NCBI RefSeq assembly: GCF_020745735.1
Contig: NW_026867476.1
Span: forward strand, 434,001 to 498,000
Length of the DNA: 64,000 nucleotides
Origin: Hemiscyllium ocellatum
Taxonomy: Eukaryota
Direction of reading: 5' to 3'
The notes under the pieces were generated by a model. That model worked only from the letters and a program-made list of their open reading frames with translations. It had not been told where the DNA came from and made no database searches. Made by a program: the position numbers and the translations under genes. The number at the start of each line of letters is the position of its first letter. Within the stretch, counting starts at the first letter, position 1. Of this stretch, positions 13,070-27,584 are shown piece by piece.

Positions 13070-14775
13070 ATCACGATGTGCAATCTGAGGACATGGGAAA
13101 GCGTTTGTTGAATACTTTTTGACAGTACTCACATTGGAAAAGCGCAAGATGAGTGAGAATATGATGATACAGGATACTAGATTAGATGGGTTCGCAGTTG
13201 CCAAAGAGGCGGTTTTAACAATTTTTGAAGATCTTAAAATAGATAAGGCCACTGGGCGAGATGAGATTTATTATCAGATACTGTGGCAAGTCAGGGCGAA
13301 TAAGGTCTAGCCTTTGGCTTTCACCTTTATGTCATCATTGTCAACAGGAGTAGTGCCAGAAGACTGGAGGATATCAAATGTTGTTCCATTGTTTGAGAAG
13401 GAGGGGGTCGGGCCATCGTTGGAAATTATAGCCAGTAAGCTTTATTTTGGATGTGGGTAAGGAGTTGGCAAAGGTTACAAGAGATAGGATTTGTAATCAT
13501 CTGGAAAGCAACAAGTTGACTAACGATAGTCAACGCGGTTATCTGAAGGGTAGGTTGCACCAAACAAACCTTACTAAGTTCTTAAAACGGTGACAAAGAA
13601 GGTGGATGAAGTAAAGCGGTTGATGTGGTGTATATGGACTGAAGTAAGGCGTTTGATAAGATTCCACATGGTAGGCTACTGCACAAGTGCGGACTTTAGG
13701 GACTGATGTTGATTTAGAGATTTGGATCAGGCATTGGCGAGCTGAGAGAAGACAGAAGGTGATAGTTGATGCAAAATATTCATCCTGCAACTCAGTTTCC
13801 AGTGGGGTGCTGCAAGGATCAGTTTTGGGCCAATGCTGTTTGTCATTTTTATAAATGATCTGGATGTGGGCGTAGAAGCATGACAGTAAGGGAGGCAAAG
13901 TTGTGCATAGTGCCGAAGGATATTGTGGTTTGCAGAGAGACACAAGGAAGATGCAGAGTTGGACTGAGAATTGGTAAATGGAAGATAATGCGAAAAGGTG
14001 TGAGGTTGTTCACTTCAGAAGGAGTAACAGGATTGCAAAGCACTGGACTAATAGTAAAACTCTTGGCAGTGCCGATGCACACAGGGGTCTCGGTATCCAG
14101 GTGCATAAATCCATGAAAGTTGTGACCCGGGTTGTTCGCGTTGTTAAGAAGCCATCCGATGTGTTGGCGTTTATTGGTCAGGAAATTGAGTTTCGGGGCC
14201 ACGAGGTCATGATTCAGCTATTCAAGACTCTGGTAAGATCGCACCTGGAACTTTGTGTACAGTTCTGGTCACTGCATTGTAAGAAGGACGTGAAAGCTTT
14301 GGAAAGGGTTCAGAGGAGATTTACTAGGATGTCGCCTGGTATGGAAGGAAGGTCTTACGAGGAAAGCCTGAAGGAACTCAGGCTGATTTCGCTGGAGGCA
14401 AGAAGGTTGAGAGGTGAAATAGTCGAGATGTGTAAGATAATCAGAGGTTAAGATAAGGTGGACAATGAGAGAGCCTTTTTCCTCGGATGGTGAAGGCGAA
14501 AACAAGGTTGCATGGCTTCAAATTGAGGGGTGATAGATTTTGGACAGATGTCAGAAACAGTTTATTTGCATAGAGATTAGAGGGGGCGTGGAACGGCCTG
14601 CCTGCAACAGGACTTAATCTTGCAGATATTAAGGGCATTTACATGGCATTGAACATGCATATGGATAATAATGGAAAGGTGTAGATTTGATGTGCATCAG
14701 ATTAATTTCACGTGTGGATGCAAAATCGAAGGCCGAAAGGCCTGTACTACGCTATAACGTTCTATGTTCTATATT
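13070..14775 (+). mobile_element. CR1 LINE ORF2 (RT) 3' portion, degenerate
   Basis: DKATGRDEIY, NVVPLF, SGV.QGSVLGP, LVRSHLELCVQFWS and ALERVQRRFTRM motifs; ends gttctatgttctatattc. Confidence 0.9.
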
Positions 14776-15304
14776 CTGCATGTTTTTGATTGGTTATTGT
14801 TGTTCAGATGTGTTTTAGAACTCGCTTTCTTGTTAATATGCTGACAAGGTCTGCATGATACTGTGTCGCCGAACCTGTAGTTCACCTTTCTGGAGTTGCA
14901 AATATAGAAGTACGGGGCAGGACTGAGTAACCTGCAATTTGGTTGACGTTGTTCTCGTTGCATGAGTGTTTGATTCTGAGAAACATGTGCCAGGTTATTG
15001 TCTTTCAAACGAGTTCTACAATTCCTTATGTCGCTAAAGGATGCTCTTCAACCTGCGTTTTCGACACCACAACGTCACTGAAGCATTGAAATAGCTTGGG
15101 ACATATCAAAAGGCACAAAATACATTATTTGTATATCATTCATTGAACTAACGACGTTAGCTCATTTTAATAGGATGTTATTAATGATTAAAGCTTTGTC
15201 TTCGAAGGAGTTAGATGATGTCAACGTGAATTCGGGTACCACCGCACATCTGCCCTTCATTTCACAGTTTCATTGATATGCTATCATGTTCAGTGACCCT
15301 CTGA

Positions 15305-15342
15305 CAGTTTTGTACTGGGTCGGCCACGTCTGGGTGTCTGTG
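15305..15342 (-). other. Recombination signal sequence (CACAGAC-22-ACAAAACTG) of the V pseudogene
   Basis: Heptamer 15336-15342, 22-bp spacer, nonamer 15305-15313 on the minus strand. Confidence 0.65.
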
Positions 15343-16196
15343 GGGCTCAGTACACCGTAATAAACCGTGGATTCTGTCAATTTAGTTTTCAACACATTCA
15401 GCTGGGTAGTGGGGTCCACACGATCAAACTCAGAGAAAAAGCAGGATTCTTAAAGGTGTGTCTATGGTCTTGATGTAATGGTTTCTCTTCAGGAGATATT
15501 CCATGATGCAGCTGAAATGCTGCCAGAAGCAGAACAGTTAAGAATCGCTGCTTGGTGTAGCTGTATGATTGTAGAATTACAGGACATCATCTGCCACATT
15601 TAATATGATTGCAGCTGATCATTGGAAGACAGAATCTGCGCGACAAAACAGAGTAATAATCAGAAGTGAGACTAAATTTAAATAGTTACTTTATTATTCT
15701 TATCACCCAGAATCAGCCGGTTCATTTTGAACAATAAACAGAGAAACAATTGGTAGGGAAGTTGAACAAGAATCTTTTTCATACAACACTACGACTGGTA
15801 CCAGCAAGGACTTTGACAAATGAAATAAAAATTCTTTAAAACACTAGTCACCCTTTTAATGAGGTAATTTCCCATTCCCCTCCCAAAGGGACAACGGGAA
15901 TTAGTCGGTTTTTTTAAAAGTTCGGCCTTTGTCAAGTCGCTTCAATCGCCTCAATCCTGTCTGGATTCCCAGTCTAACTCTTTCACTGCTTTTTTTACGA
16001 AGTACAGTTGCCAATTTCTACCAACCTTTGCTCAGTGTTGGGACAAGTTTAGATCCAGATTATTTTCATCTGTGGAGAAGGTATTGCTGTCTCTGTGTTG
16101 CCAGAACTGTTCGAATCAATTTAATTCCTGACATAGAACAGAAGCATAACGTTTCACGAATTGTGAACCTACCGTTCAGAAGAGCTGCAGACGATA
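15343..16196 (-). pseudogene. TCR alpha/delta V pseudogene (paralogue of 46766-47573) with eroded leader at about 16173-16196
   Basis: Minus strand ..CRADSVFQ*..LNVLKTKLTESTVYYGVLSP then the RSS. Stops, indels, Cys104 lost, leader ATG changed to ATA with a deletion. Confidence 0.8.
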
Positions 16197-16864
16197 TGTT
16201 TGCAGAGATATCACGTTGAATATGAGCAGTACTGGCCAAAGCTAAAATTGTTCTCGTCAAGAGTTGGGAAAATCTTGAGTAATTTCCGGGCCTCTGCTCA
16301 GTGGTTCATTATCGGCGAAGACATTGGGTGACAGCCAGGTAACTTGTAGGTGCTTTATTCTTAAATTGCACTACTTTCCTGAGAGCCTCACTTCATGTCA
16401 TGATCTTTGTGAAAAAGGAACACAATGCTGAAAACAGTCACTGGAACTGAAACGTTGATTCAGATACTGCCAAATTGGCTGAGTTTCTCCCGATGTTTCG
16501 GTTTTGTTTCAGATATCTAGTAACTGCAGTTCTTTATAATTTATTTAAAAAACAAACTCAGTTTGTTCATCTGACAACACCGTGATGGACAGAGTCGAAG
16601 CAAAATATCGCCCCATCACGGTTATTATTTCTGTAGGCAACACCAGAAAAGGGAAGCATTTCATGTTCTTCAACTATCACAACTGGAGTTCCCCAGTCAA
16701 CAGAGCTGCTCTCTGACGATGACAGCTCCCTGCAGCTGATGTGGAAGGACTGTGGGTCTGAGCGATTTGGAATAAAATAATTAGTTAAATACAAGTAATT
16801 TTTAATGAATGTGATGGTAGAATCAAATGTGTTTTCTCTGCATTTGCTGGCAAGTGCCATTGGT

Positions 16865-17135
16865 TGGCATGGCAATTCACTGGTTGCAAGGCTGTCGCAC
16901 TGCACTGGGGACATAGGTTCTTTTCCACTTTCGGGTGAACATCTTCATGGTGTGTACACATTTTTGCTGCTTTCCAGGTATCCGCACCCAGTTCAATCAT
17001 GTTCAGGCTATGTCGATTAGCTGTGGGCAAAGTGTGGTTACTAGAATTCGATAGAATAGGGTTCATGCTTTTCAGTGGGTCAGTTTGGTTTCAATGGGCT
17101 GCATGGCCTACTACCACATTGTCGACATTCTACAT
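16865..17135 (+). mobile_element. Old degenerate V-SINE
   Basis: Collinear similarity to the SINE consensus, ending ..gggtcagtttggtttcaatgggctgcatggcctactaccacattg. Confidence 0.5.
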
Positions 17136-18113
17136 TGTCAAAAGCTGGTTTTGTTTAACTTCACCTTTCATCATCACATATATAACTTATGCACCTATAT
17201 CAGATGCAGTGTGTCAAAAAGATGGCTCACCAACCTATTGCCATGCTATAGACTATGTTTGCACAAACGTAAACAATTAATCGAGGTGTTGCTGATAGTA
17301 TTGGTGTGAATGCTGGTGAGTCAAAATGACGTTGTCGGATGGGTCAGGCCCTATCATAATGGCGACTGCAAGGGATCATATCTTATTTTTTTCTCTATCA
17401 TATTATCTCTATTTTTGTTCCTTTGTAACGGAAGTGCCTCTAATTACCAGTGCTTTTGATACGATATTCCAAATCAAAATACAAGTTGCTGCTTCACCTG
17501 TTGATGCATTTAGCAAATATAGCAAACCCCAGCCCACACTTCTAGCTTTCTAAACCCTGAACCAGAAGTCGAAAGGTTGAAGACCTGTCTGCACTTCTCG
17601 ATGAGCAGGACAAACGAATCGTTTTGCGTATTTCCATCGTCAAAAATGTGCATCTGATATCAACGTTACTTCAAATAGTTGAGTGATTTCGTCACATTAA
17701 GGCATAAAACATGACAACCCTGATGGAAAGAACAAGCAAATGAACCAATCTGACTTGTCACATCAAAAAAGTACATGAAAAGTGAAAATGGCAGAAGCAT
17801 CAATTTTAGATTTAATATTGTGGCGATAGAAACGAAAGGGAGACAGAAAACCATGGTTTGTGAGGGTGAGCGCATCAGACGTTTATGGAGCCAATTCCTC
17901 CATGAATTTGATGGCAGCAGCTGCATTGCTAATTGTCAAAATGGAAGGCATCAAAACCGGGATTGATTTGCTGTTGGCAGAACTGTAAATGAGCTGAATG
18001 ATCCAACTTAATTGTTTCTCTAGAGACACCAAGATGGAATATATGTGCGACTCTGTGCATTTTTCAGAGCTCAGTTCTTTCCAATTGCTTTACTTTTTGG
18101 AGGAAAAAAAACA

Positions 18114-18183
18114 ATGCACGGGCCAGCGAAAGGACTCTTCTTTGGAATTGCTTACCCCATTGTCGCGGCTATTGGTGTCCCTG
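18114..18183 (+). CDS. GPR139/GPR142-like class A GPCR, exon 1 (N-terminus and TM1)
   Basis: ATG..CCT G|GTAAAT gives MHGPAKGLFFGIAYPIVAAIGVP, phase 1. Homologous exons precede the other GPCR copies. Confidence 0.8.
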
Positions 18184-19359
18184 GTAAATAATAGATGACA
18201 AAAAGATAATGTTATTTTCTGTTCTATGAATCTTCTGGCACATTGCTTTTCAGGTCCGGGCTGAATTTATTTGCAGAACTCGACATTTTCTGAGATTAAG
18301 ATAGATCAACTCGGCAGCAATATCTTGAGCTGCCACTTTATGTACACCTTTATAATATGTAGCTCAATTTGTTGCATGCAGTGTCACAAGTATGTCATGT
18401 ATTTGCGTGCTGGAATATGAATTTTAACGTATGACATTGCGTGAACGTCAGTCTGTTATTTACTGAATATTGGTTTCTGCAATGATGTTGCACACAAATC
18501 AAAAAACCACTTAGTGACTTGTGAGTGATAGTGTGTTATGGTGCAAGCAGTTCGATTTTCGTACACACATCATTTGGCGTCATTATAAGTAATTCATATC
18601 ATACAATGACCACGTTAAGGGCATTCTAACTTCGAAAAATACGTTCGGTTATTATAAAAATCAATGGTGAGACTTTTGTGAAATAAATAATAGTTATGCT
18701 GCAGTGAGTTCCCATTCAATAGTCAATATTTTAAATGTGATTTTAAATAAGACCTGGACACATTTGAAAAGGGCGAGGAGACAGAAAATTGCTATAATCT
18801 GTGACGAAAATTGCCTTATGCTGATAGGTTTTGTAAATTTTCATTCTGTTTTTGTGTGAATACACATATGTTCACGATAATGCAATATGGCTGTCTCAAT
18901 TTCCGTTTAGCACTGGACAAGATGGAGTTGTACATGTTCTTTCAGGCCATCGCATTATGTCAAGATTGATTGATTCGCAGGAGCGTGGACATTACGAAAT
19001 TCTGTTGAAAGATGGAAGGAATAGTAGTGTGAGCAACAATATGTTTATCAAAGAGATAGATTATTAGAAGCACTCTTAAGAGTAGAAATACCCTTCGAGG
19101 GAGAGATTTCCAGGGATTAGATGCTCGACAACTATAGATTGAGTGGGATAGATGACATGATTCGGGGATGCACAACAGAGCAAAATTTGAGGCACGTGGT
19201 GATGACAGACGTTTATGAATTCCAAATAGATGCAAGTGGCAATTCCTGACCTTATAAACATTAAGATGAGATGAATGAAAGTGAGGTGTTGCCAGGCGGA
19301 GACCTATTGAACGGCAATATGCTTGGGACAAGGGATGAACTGCATACTATGCGAATGTG

Positions 19360-19600
19360 AGGGACCAGGGTTCCATTCCATCCTTGTCTGTGTGGGTTTT
19401 TCATATGTTTCCTGTGTATGCAAAGGTGCCTGCTAACTTGGTCAGGATTCCTCCCATAGTACAAGATATCCAGATAAGATGAATTGGCCAAGCTAAATTG
19501 TGCCATTGTGCACAGGTGATATGCAGTTACATGGGCTATCTCTGATAAATACATGAATACGGGGACATAGTGGGGATAGATGGGATGCCCTTCGGAAATT
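19360..19600 (+). mobile_element. Degenerate V-SINE in the GPCR intron
   Basis: gggaccagggttccattcc..gattcctcccatagtacaagat..gaattggccaagctaaattg. Confidence 0.5.
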
Positions 19601-19888
19601 AAACATTCAAACCGCAAATGACTTCTTTCCACACATTAGGAATTCTCTTTTTCTGCAATCTTTGAATGGATAGGTGAATATTACCAGAAGAAAGAAATTG
19701 TGGTGACACAGATTTCAGTAGCCCCTGTATTGACAAACGATTATTTCAGCAGTGACACTATACTTTTAGAAGAGTCATTATCTCAGAGTGATGAATGAAT
19801 GTTTGAGATGATAGCAATAACAGGAAGGACGAGACAATGGCCATTTGAAATTAGCATAGTAACAACTCTCTCTTTTGACCACTTGCAG

Positions 19889-20817
19889 CCAACTTGGTGA
19901 CAATCATAATCCTATCCCGAGGACGATGCGGACTCTCACGTTGTGTCACCAACTACCTGATGGCGATAGCTTTCGCTGATTTCCTTGTTATATTCACCGG
20001 GTGCATTCTGAACAGGATCGGTCGCATTTATCTTAGGTACACAATCCTATCTGCTTTTCCAGTGTGTGCGTTTAGTGCAGTTTTGGTCTACATCAGCCGT
20101 GATGGATCAGTCTGGCTGACAGTAGCCTTCACCATTGATCGTTTTGTGGCCATCGCCTGCCCGAGTCTGAGTACCAGATACTGCACTGAGAAAACTGCAT
20201 TGCTCGTCATAGGCGTGATCTGCTCCTTGTTCTGCAGCAAGAACATCCCTCTGTACTTTGTCACTCAACCCTTGGTTATACTGGATGGGATGCCTTGGTT
20301 CTGTGGCATCAAGCCGATGTTCTACACTTCACCTGCCTGGCAGGCCTACCACTACCTTGACCGTGTCTTGACTCCACTCCTTCCGTTCTTTCTCATTCTC
20401 CTGCTTAACGCCCTCACTGTTCGGCATATTTTAGTGGTCAATGCGGCACGCAGGAGGCTCCGTGGCTCTGTGAATGGTGAAGATCACGAGATGGCCAAAC
20501 GCAAGAGATCTATAGTTCTGCTGTACGCCATCTCCATCAGCTTTCTACTCCTGTGGGGCACATATGTCGGAAGATTCCTCTACATTCAGATTACAGGGAA
20601 GGACTACTTTGGTGGCCTAGATTTCAATAACCCACAGTACATTCTCTCAGAGATGACAAATATGCTCCAGTTACTCAGTTCGTGCAACAATGTCTTCATC
20701 TATGCGATATCTCAGAATAAGTTCCGAGAGGAAATGAAGAAGGTGCTAATGTGTCCTCTTCTCTTAATCACCAGTTGTTTCAAATGTCGAAAACCGCAAC
20801 AGAAAATCACCACATAA
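19889..20817 (+). CDS. GPR139/GPR142-like class A GPCR, exon 2 (intact; spliced ORF 999 nt, 332 aa)
   Basis: After the ttgcag acceptor: (A)NLVTIIILSRGRCGLS..LMAIAFADFLV..WLTVAFTIDRFVAIAC..TPLLPFFLILLLNALT..SIVLLYAIS..LSSCNNVFIY. Seven hydrophobic helices and a DRF motif; the GxP/AN exon junction resembles GPR139. Confidence 0.9.
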
Positions 20818-22434
20818 GTTCTCTTACATCATTGTCTCTCAGAATGTTTTGCTGCATTACACTGTTAGATATGTTAGCTTCTGAACTCGTGAAATCTAAG
20901 ACTCTCTCTTGTACCAATAATTACTTGCTTGGGAAATGAAAAGTTTAAATGCAGATGAGGTCGAGAGATTTAAAATCACTTGGAGTGAACAGACTGGAGG
21001 AGGTAATAGTTGCCGTTGGATGCAAGAATTGACATGCAGACAATGTACACATATCAGGAACCTGAGAGACGGAAGAACAATGACGCAATCAATTTGATCA
21101 ACACATCAAAAATTTAGAATTTGTCGGAATCTAACTGAGAATTTGTCGGAGACCGAATCTAAAGAGACTTTTGAAGTGGAAGACTTGCATTTCTGAACAG
21201 CAGAAATCGTTCTGTTCTATGAAAGTCGACTGGCCCCTGGTGAATTGTTCTTTTAGATAACATTCACAATAGCCGAATAGGCTCCCTTTTGCGTTCTAAT
21301 ATTTCTATGATTCCGCTGTCAATCTTAGGACCACGAAGTAAAATCAACTTTACATAGCATTTCTATGACGAAAGTATGTCTTACTGATGGTAGTGAAATC
21401 GAGATTATGTACATGGAATGAATCTGGTGTTGTTTAAAAACGTAACTGCACTGGACACAGTCTCTGTTTGTATTACATTAAATGAAACCATGTACTCAGT
21501 CATATTGCATCAAGTGATACCTTTGATTGTATTGCAGCAGATCATGTTTCAATTTAGTCTCTATGCTTGCCCAGTTACTGAATCGGAACGTATGTCATGG
21601 GCTCGCATATTTGTCCATTCCAGCATGCTGCAATAATCAACAGGACAATGTCTGGTAGAGCCTTTCTCTCGTTTCCAGCTGTCTGTCTGCACCACGTACA
21701 CTTTGGATTCCATGTAATCATTAAAATCTGTCGAAAGCAGAATTTAATAAATTTAAAGCTTCGGCCTGAAGTATCTTGTTGGCAAAGTGTTTTTATATAG
21801 AGATGGACGCACAGGTCATTTCTTAAGCAATTTAAAAACGTGGTGGTTGGTTTACTTGATATTTTACGCACCCTCAAGCTTTCCTTTCCTTCGTGTAAAG
21901 GTGTGAAGCGTTTTGCTGGACTTATTTCAGTACATCCGTCGACTTTTGGAATGCTCCATGAGAATCTGTGTTCCACATCAGGATTGTCACAAAGTTGGGC
22001 TTGATTTGTAATCTAGAATTCAGAGAGACATATGATTGTGCTGGGATTTTCTCTGGATTTTGTGAAAAAAATTCGAAGGTGAACTCTTCTGACTGATTTT
22101 TTGAATTAATCGCTCAGGGTAATATTCTACAGGCAAAGTGGCAGGCGTAATGAAAATTCAGTTAGTATGTACCTGAAATTAACTAGTTCCTTTAACCGTG
22201 AGCGTGACACGGAAATCAACTGTTATGTTTTTTAAAAAGACAAGTTTTGATATCGGTTGGATAATACAGGTTCGCAATGTTTCTTGGTGTTCATATAACT
22301 CGAGACCTGATGAACTTTTTGACTCTTAATTGACCTTTGAATATATTTTCCATGGCAATCAATTCAAGGAGCAATTAGGAAAGGGCAAAAACTTTTGCCT
22401 TTGCCAGTGACAACAGCTGGGGCTTTCTGGAAAA

Positions 22435-22530
22435 TTGATTTCTTCGGAATTTCCTCATGAAACACTCATATCAGTTCAAACTGTTGAAAAGAAAAACTCA
22501 CAGACTCTGCAGTATATTGCTTCTCCCAGA
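22435..22530 (+). pseudogene. Possible V-segment 3' relic
   Basis: ..TCTTCGGAATTT..CTCACAGACTCTGCAGTATATTGC gives SSEF..LTDSAVY(-)C, resembling FR3 of the 15343/46766 V family. No RSS seen. Confidence 0.3.
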
Positions 22531-23024
22531 GACGAGCAGACAGGTAAGCTTGAAATGTTTCACAATTCGTTTGTTGGTGATAACACAAAAGTTCAATTAT
22601 TAGAAATATTTTCTTTTAATGGACTAACGCTGCTCGTTTAAGGAATGAATACAGAACTTATTGCGTGCCTTTTGAGATGGCAAAATGTGATTTACTGTTC
22701 AACAAATGAGGCGCTGCAGAAAATATAATAAACACTCTTGGAATAGTAAAGTATTTCGAGGAAGCATGGAGCAACAACACTTATTTGAGAGACATCGAAA
22801 TGTCACATGATTCTAACAATGAAACATTGGAAGAAACTGAATCAGTTCAAACACATAACAATGGCATGGGGAAGCCAGTAGAGGGCGGCTTTACATTACT
22901 TTAAACAGAAAATGGACTGACAGACATGAGGATGGAGAGAGAGATTCTGAGCCTCCGATTCATCAGGTTTTAATCGTTCATTCAACCGTCCCTCCCGGAC
23001 AAAGTTTGTCCCATTGCAGGAATA

Positions 23025-23100
23025 GATGGACACATACACAAACATACACGCACACACACGCACACACACACATCGAGACACACACATACATCGAGACGCA
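23025..23100. repeat. Imperfect (CA)n microsatellite
   Basis: cacatacacaaacatacacgcacacacacgcacacacacacatcgagacacacacatac. Confidence 0.7.
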
Positions 23101-25949
23101 ATTCCACGTGAGCAGCAATATTTGATGACTTCAACAACAAGAGAGACAGAAAAAGAGGAAGAGGTTTTGACCCTTTCCTTTGAATAATCCTCCAAAACAA
23201 CAGACAGTCGATTGCACCCAGATTCAGATATACAGATATGCACAAATATGGAAACACACATTAATGCACACTAAATACAAGCACTCATGCTTACAAACAT
23301 GGCCAGAGTGTCAGGAGCAAAGGCATCGAAATATGCAGGAAGAGAAACAAAAGCACAAATAAATGGACGCGTGCGCACATGCACATTCACTATCTTGGTC
23401 TCTCTGACAGTCCATTTCTCGAATTTTACTTTTGCACTTTTGAAAACGTCTACATTCGGAGAGAAGAGTGCAAAATTGCCTTTCTCTCTGGGCTGGAGTA
23501 CCGAGTGCTGAGCTCACATTCTCCCAATTATTTGTCCATAATTTAGGAATGATATGAAGAAACATTACTTCCCACAAAGGATTGTAAAAGTTAGGAATTC
23601 TAAATGGAATTTGTAATCAATCAGCAAAACTATTCCACCACAATCACAAGATAGAAACAGACATCCTTACTCTTGGTGTGACATTGATAAACGGTAACAG
23701 CTGAGAAAGTCATTGATTTGCTCATCGGTTAGTCTACAGTTTGTTCTGTCTTTCTTCATTATTCTACTGACCTTAAAATGAACGAGAGAGCATAAAGGAA
23801 GAGAAGAAGCAAAAGTATTCACATAACAGAGGAAAGAAAATCTTGGCCAAATAGCGATTATATTTCAAAACCAAAAAGCAAGTTCCATCAATGTGGAGCA
23901 TTTCCGAACGACACGATTGGGAGCGCCCACTAATAACATATTTAGTTCAATCACAGGACAGGTATGCAATAATAATTGCATCGGACAATTAGATGTGGAC
24001 ATGAAGTTAACAGTGAGGTGACCGACTTCAATTTTCAAAACGCTCTGAAACTTTCAATGTTAATATGGATCATATATAATGTGCCTTCCCAGAACTATAC
24101 CCAGTGCTCACTTTATGATATAACCAGGGATTTGCACAGCAGCAGCCAACTTTACTTTCCATCAACACGTTGTATACGGTGGAAATATTTTGAAAGTCTA
24201 TTGATATAAATGAAGACGAAATTGATTCGAAAAATAGCTGAGAAAGCACGTTAAATTTCAAATCAACTTCCTAAATAAATACACAGTTGCACGGTACAGA
24301 GCAGAACTTTTGCCTCAACCTTTTAATAAACTGGTTGTGACCATTTGCCAGCAATTGATATCCACCGAAAATCTTCCTATTCATATCCCCAACCAAATGA
24401 CTTTCAAATGTCAGAATTGTACTCGACGCTGCCAATTTCTCTGGCAGCTTACGAATTTCAACCACCACCCAACAGCCCTCTTTATTACGTTTTTTATTAT
24501 TTCAGTATTTTATTATTGCAGTGTCCGAGATTGGACTGCAAGCCAAGATATCATTGATGGAAAATGTGTTAATAAATACAAGCTCTGCGAATGCCCTGAA
24601 GTTACGTGGAATCAGGTTCAAAAACGTACCCTTTTATTTTGCAATATCTCCTGTCCATGTCCAGGCCGTCGCAATAGGATCATGAGCAGTGCAATTCCGA
24701 TTTGATCATGCACCATCGGTGTTGTGAAAGATGCATGGCCAACGTGGCGGCACCTGCTGCAGGATGATGGGTACTTGTTCTCCGTGAAATGTGAAAGAAA
24801 GCAGAATGTGGGAAAGACATTGGAGGTGGTGGCGGGAGCGGGGAGCTTTCATGAACACTGCTTACAGACCTCAAAACCCGAATCAGGCACTCATCGTGCC
24901 GCACTGACAATGAACTAGCCTGAAGCTGTGGTGCCCCGTGTCTCAAACACAAGCCACGACTATAGGTTGACATTTTTGTTGGTGGGGTGCAACTGCCAAC
25001 AGCGTGCATGCGCTTTAATCCTGATTGTGGAGTGGCAAGCCATGAATATCTCTGCAAAATGGACAAGGGTGGGGTTTATTAAATCTTTTTGCAGAGGATT
25101 TACGGAAATTTGAAACCAAGATGAATACTGCAGGAAGGCTGGAAGTGAGAAGAATTTCATGTCTGGCAGAATCTTTGTAGAGATAAGCAGATTTTCCAGT
25201 AATCCATACGGGAGGCTGAACGTGAAATGTTAATTAGCATTTACTCTCCACAGATGCTGCTGGACGTGTTAGGTTTCTCCTTCATTTCAGATCTCCAGCA
25301 TTTATTGAAGAGAAATGTTGATCATTTCTGAATTTCCATTCTGAACTGGTATTGAAGGACTTTATTGCTTTTTCGTGCATTGTATTTAAAGCAGAGACTC
25401 GGTGGTGGAGAAACTGAACTCATCTGTCACATCAAGATCTGACAGAGTCGATTAATGCATTATGTTCTGAGCACCATTTGTTTGGAAGTAGGAAGATAAA
25501 TGTTCATTTCTTCCGTCAGTCGGCAAAGGGTGCAGCTTAGAATAAGATCCAGGAAGTGGAAACCCAACTTCAATGGATATGAGTGGATAGGAGCCAGATA
25601 ACTTGCAATCTCGTTGTCCTGCTTTCAAGCAAAAATTGTTCTGACACTTTCGAGGAATATTCCCATGAATGGTGCATTCAGTGGTCGCAACGCCAAAGCA
25701 ACGTTGATGACAAAACAGAGAAAGAAATTAAGATTCTCACGGACAAAGCACTTGTGACAAACACGAGGGTGATAGTTAACTGATGACCAGGATAAATTTG
25801 GACTGTTCTGGGATAATTGAATAAGTAAATGTTCAAAGCAGAACCACAGTTTTGAAAGATGGCAGAAGTTAACTTAGCTTTGAATCAAAATCTCTTCAAT
25901 AGTCATGTCACTAATAAATGTGCAATTAGACGAACATGCATGAGTGTTG

Positions 25950-26560
25950 AGAAGGCTTTGAAAAATCATCCAGACTGGCCAATTCAATTTCACCTGCGCC
26001 AGCGATAGTGGGAAAGGGTTCACGTACCCGAATGAGTTGGAAATTCATTGATGCAATCACATTGAGTAGAAGCCGATCATCTGTGCTGAGGTTCATTGGG
26101 TCACCACACATGCTGACATATCAGCGCATTCACACTGCAGAGAGAAGAGCCGTTTTAAATGTCCAAACTGCGAGAAATTCTGTACAGTTTCTGGTGAACT
26201 GATTCTTCATCAACGTATTCATAATGACGAGAGACCATTCTTCGTATCTCACTTTGGCACTGGGTTCAAGAGATCATCTCAACTTACTGTACACCAGCGA
26301 AATCATGCCACATGATTACGATCTCTGGCCATGAGTGTGGAAAGATATTTACCACTTCATGCAAAAGTTTGGCACACCAATGATTCGTCTTGCCAATGGG
26401 CAAAAAGCCTTTCTTGACTGGGGGGAGGGATTCACTCATTCATCTGTGCTGCTGGTACACGAGCGCCTTCACATTTGAATGACACCGTACATCTGTCCTG
26501 AATGTGGGAAAGGATTCATTGTCTTCCAACCTGGTCATTCAACAACAAATGCATAAATGA
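25950..26560 (+). pseudogene. C2H2 (Kruppel-type) zinc-finger array pseudogene
   Basis: ..YQRIHTAE..FKCPNCEKF..LILHQRIHNDERPF..GFKRSSQLTVHQRNH..YICPECGKGF, with frameshifts and stops. Confidence 0.75.
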
Positions 26561-27584
26561 GTTCGCATTCATATCTTGTAACACGTTGTAATTCTTCGGA
26601 TAAACAATGAAACAAACACTTTGAAACGTACTTTGGCAGAAGGTTGGTCATTGAGAAGGTGACTACAGATACATCCAAACAGTCAAAACAGTCACGCAGT
26701 TTCTTTGCACACAGACTATGATTACCAATGTTGTGTAAGGATGGATTTCACCAAGAAAGAGCTTCCACTTTCCTGATTTGAGTTGGTGCATCTTTTGTAT
26801 TTTTTACTGGAGGTATCGACGACCTGGTAGTATATTTTAATGAAAGGTAGACGGAGGTTTAGAAGGACTTGAGGGACAAGCAAGTGACCTTTGACTGTTC
26901 AATTCACTGCCGTTAAAGGTGGTACAGTCGAAACTCAAAAATAATTAAGAATAGTTGAGAAGTTCTCACAGAATGTCAACAAATGTCTACAAATTCAGTG
27001 ACCCTTAAAATAATTCCATTTGTTTTAGCTCAATTTACATAGTCCTATATTGCGCACATGTATTCCCGAAACTATGAAGTTTCTGGGATTGGAAGCCACT
27101 ACATTTTAAGATTCACTACCATGTTTACATTCCCGATTATCTCCATTCCTATCTACGTAATCTCCTGCTGAAGCACAGCCTTCTAAAATATCTGAATTCA
27201 TCTCATTCAGGTCTGTTATATATTCTTGAATTAACTGGCTTAACAACGTTGGCCATTTTTTCAATTGTGCATGACAGACACTCTGGAATTTCGTCCTTGA
27301 ACTGTTCCTACTCTATATATCCAATTTGTCCTTAAATACATCACTAAACCCATTCCTCCATGAACAAACTATCTATCACCTGTTCTAATATGACCTAGCC
27401 AAAAAAAAACAGTGCGGATCTGGAGACTTGAAATAAAAACAGAAAGTGTTTTTAGAAATTCAACACGTCTGGCAGCGTCTGTGAAAGAGAAGCACTCCTA
27501 ATTCAAAATTACTGTCCTCCAGAAATGAAGAGACGTTCAAAATTGCTGGAGTTTGGACTGGACAGAAGGGTATGTAAACAAATT

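Noticed and set aside
16977-17230. Apparent degenerate V exon after a ttccag acceptor
   Set aside because: Most of it is explained by an old V-SINE; only a weak FIITY..ISDAVC resemblance remains and there is no RSS.
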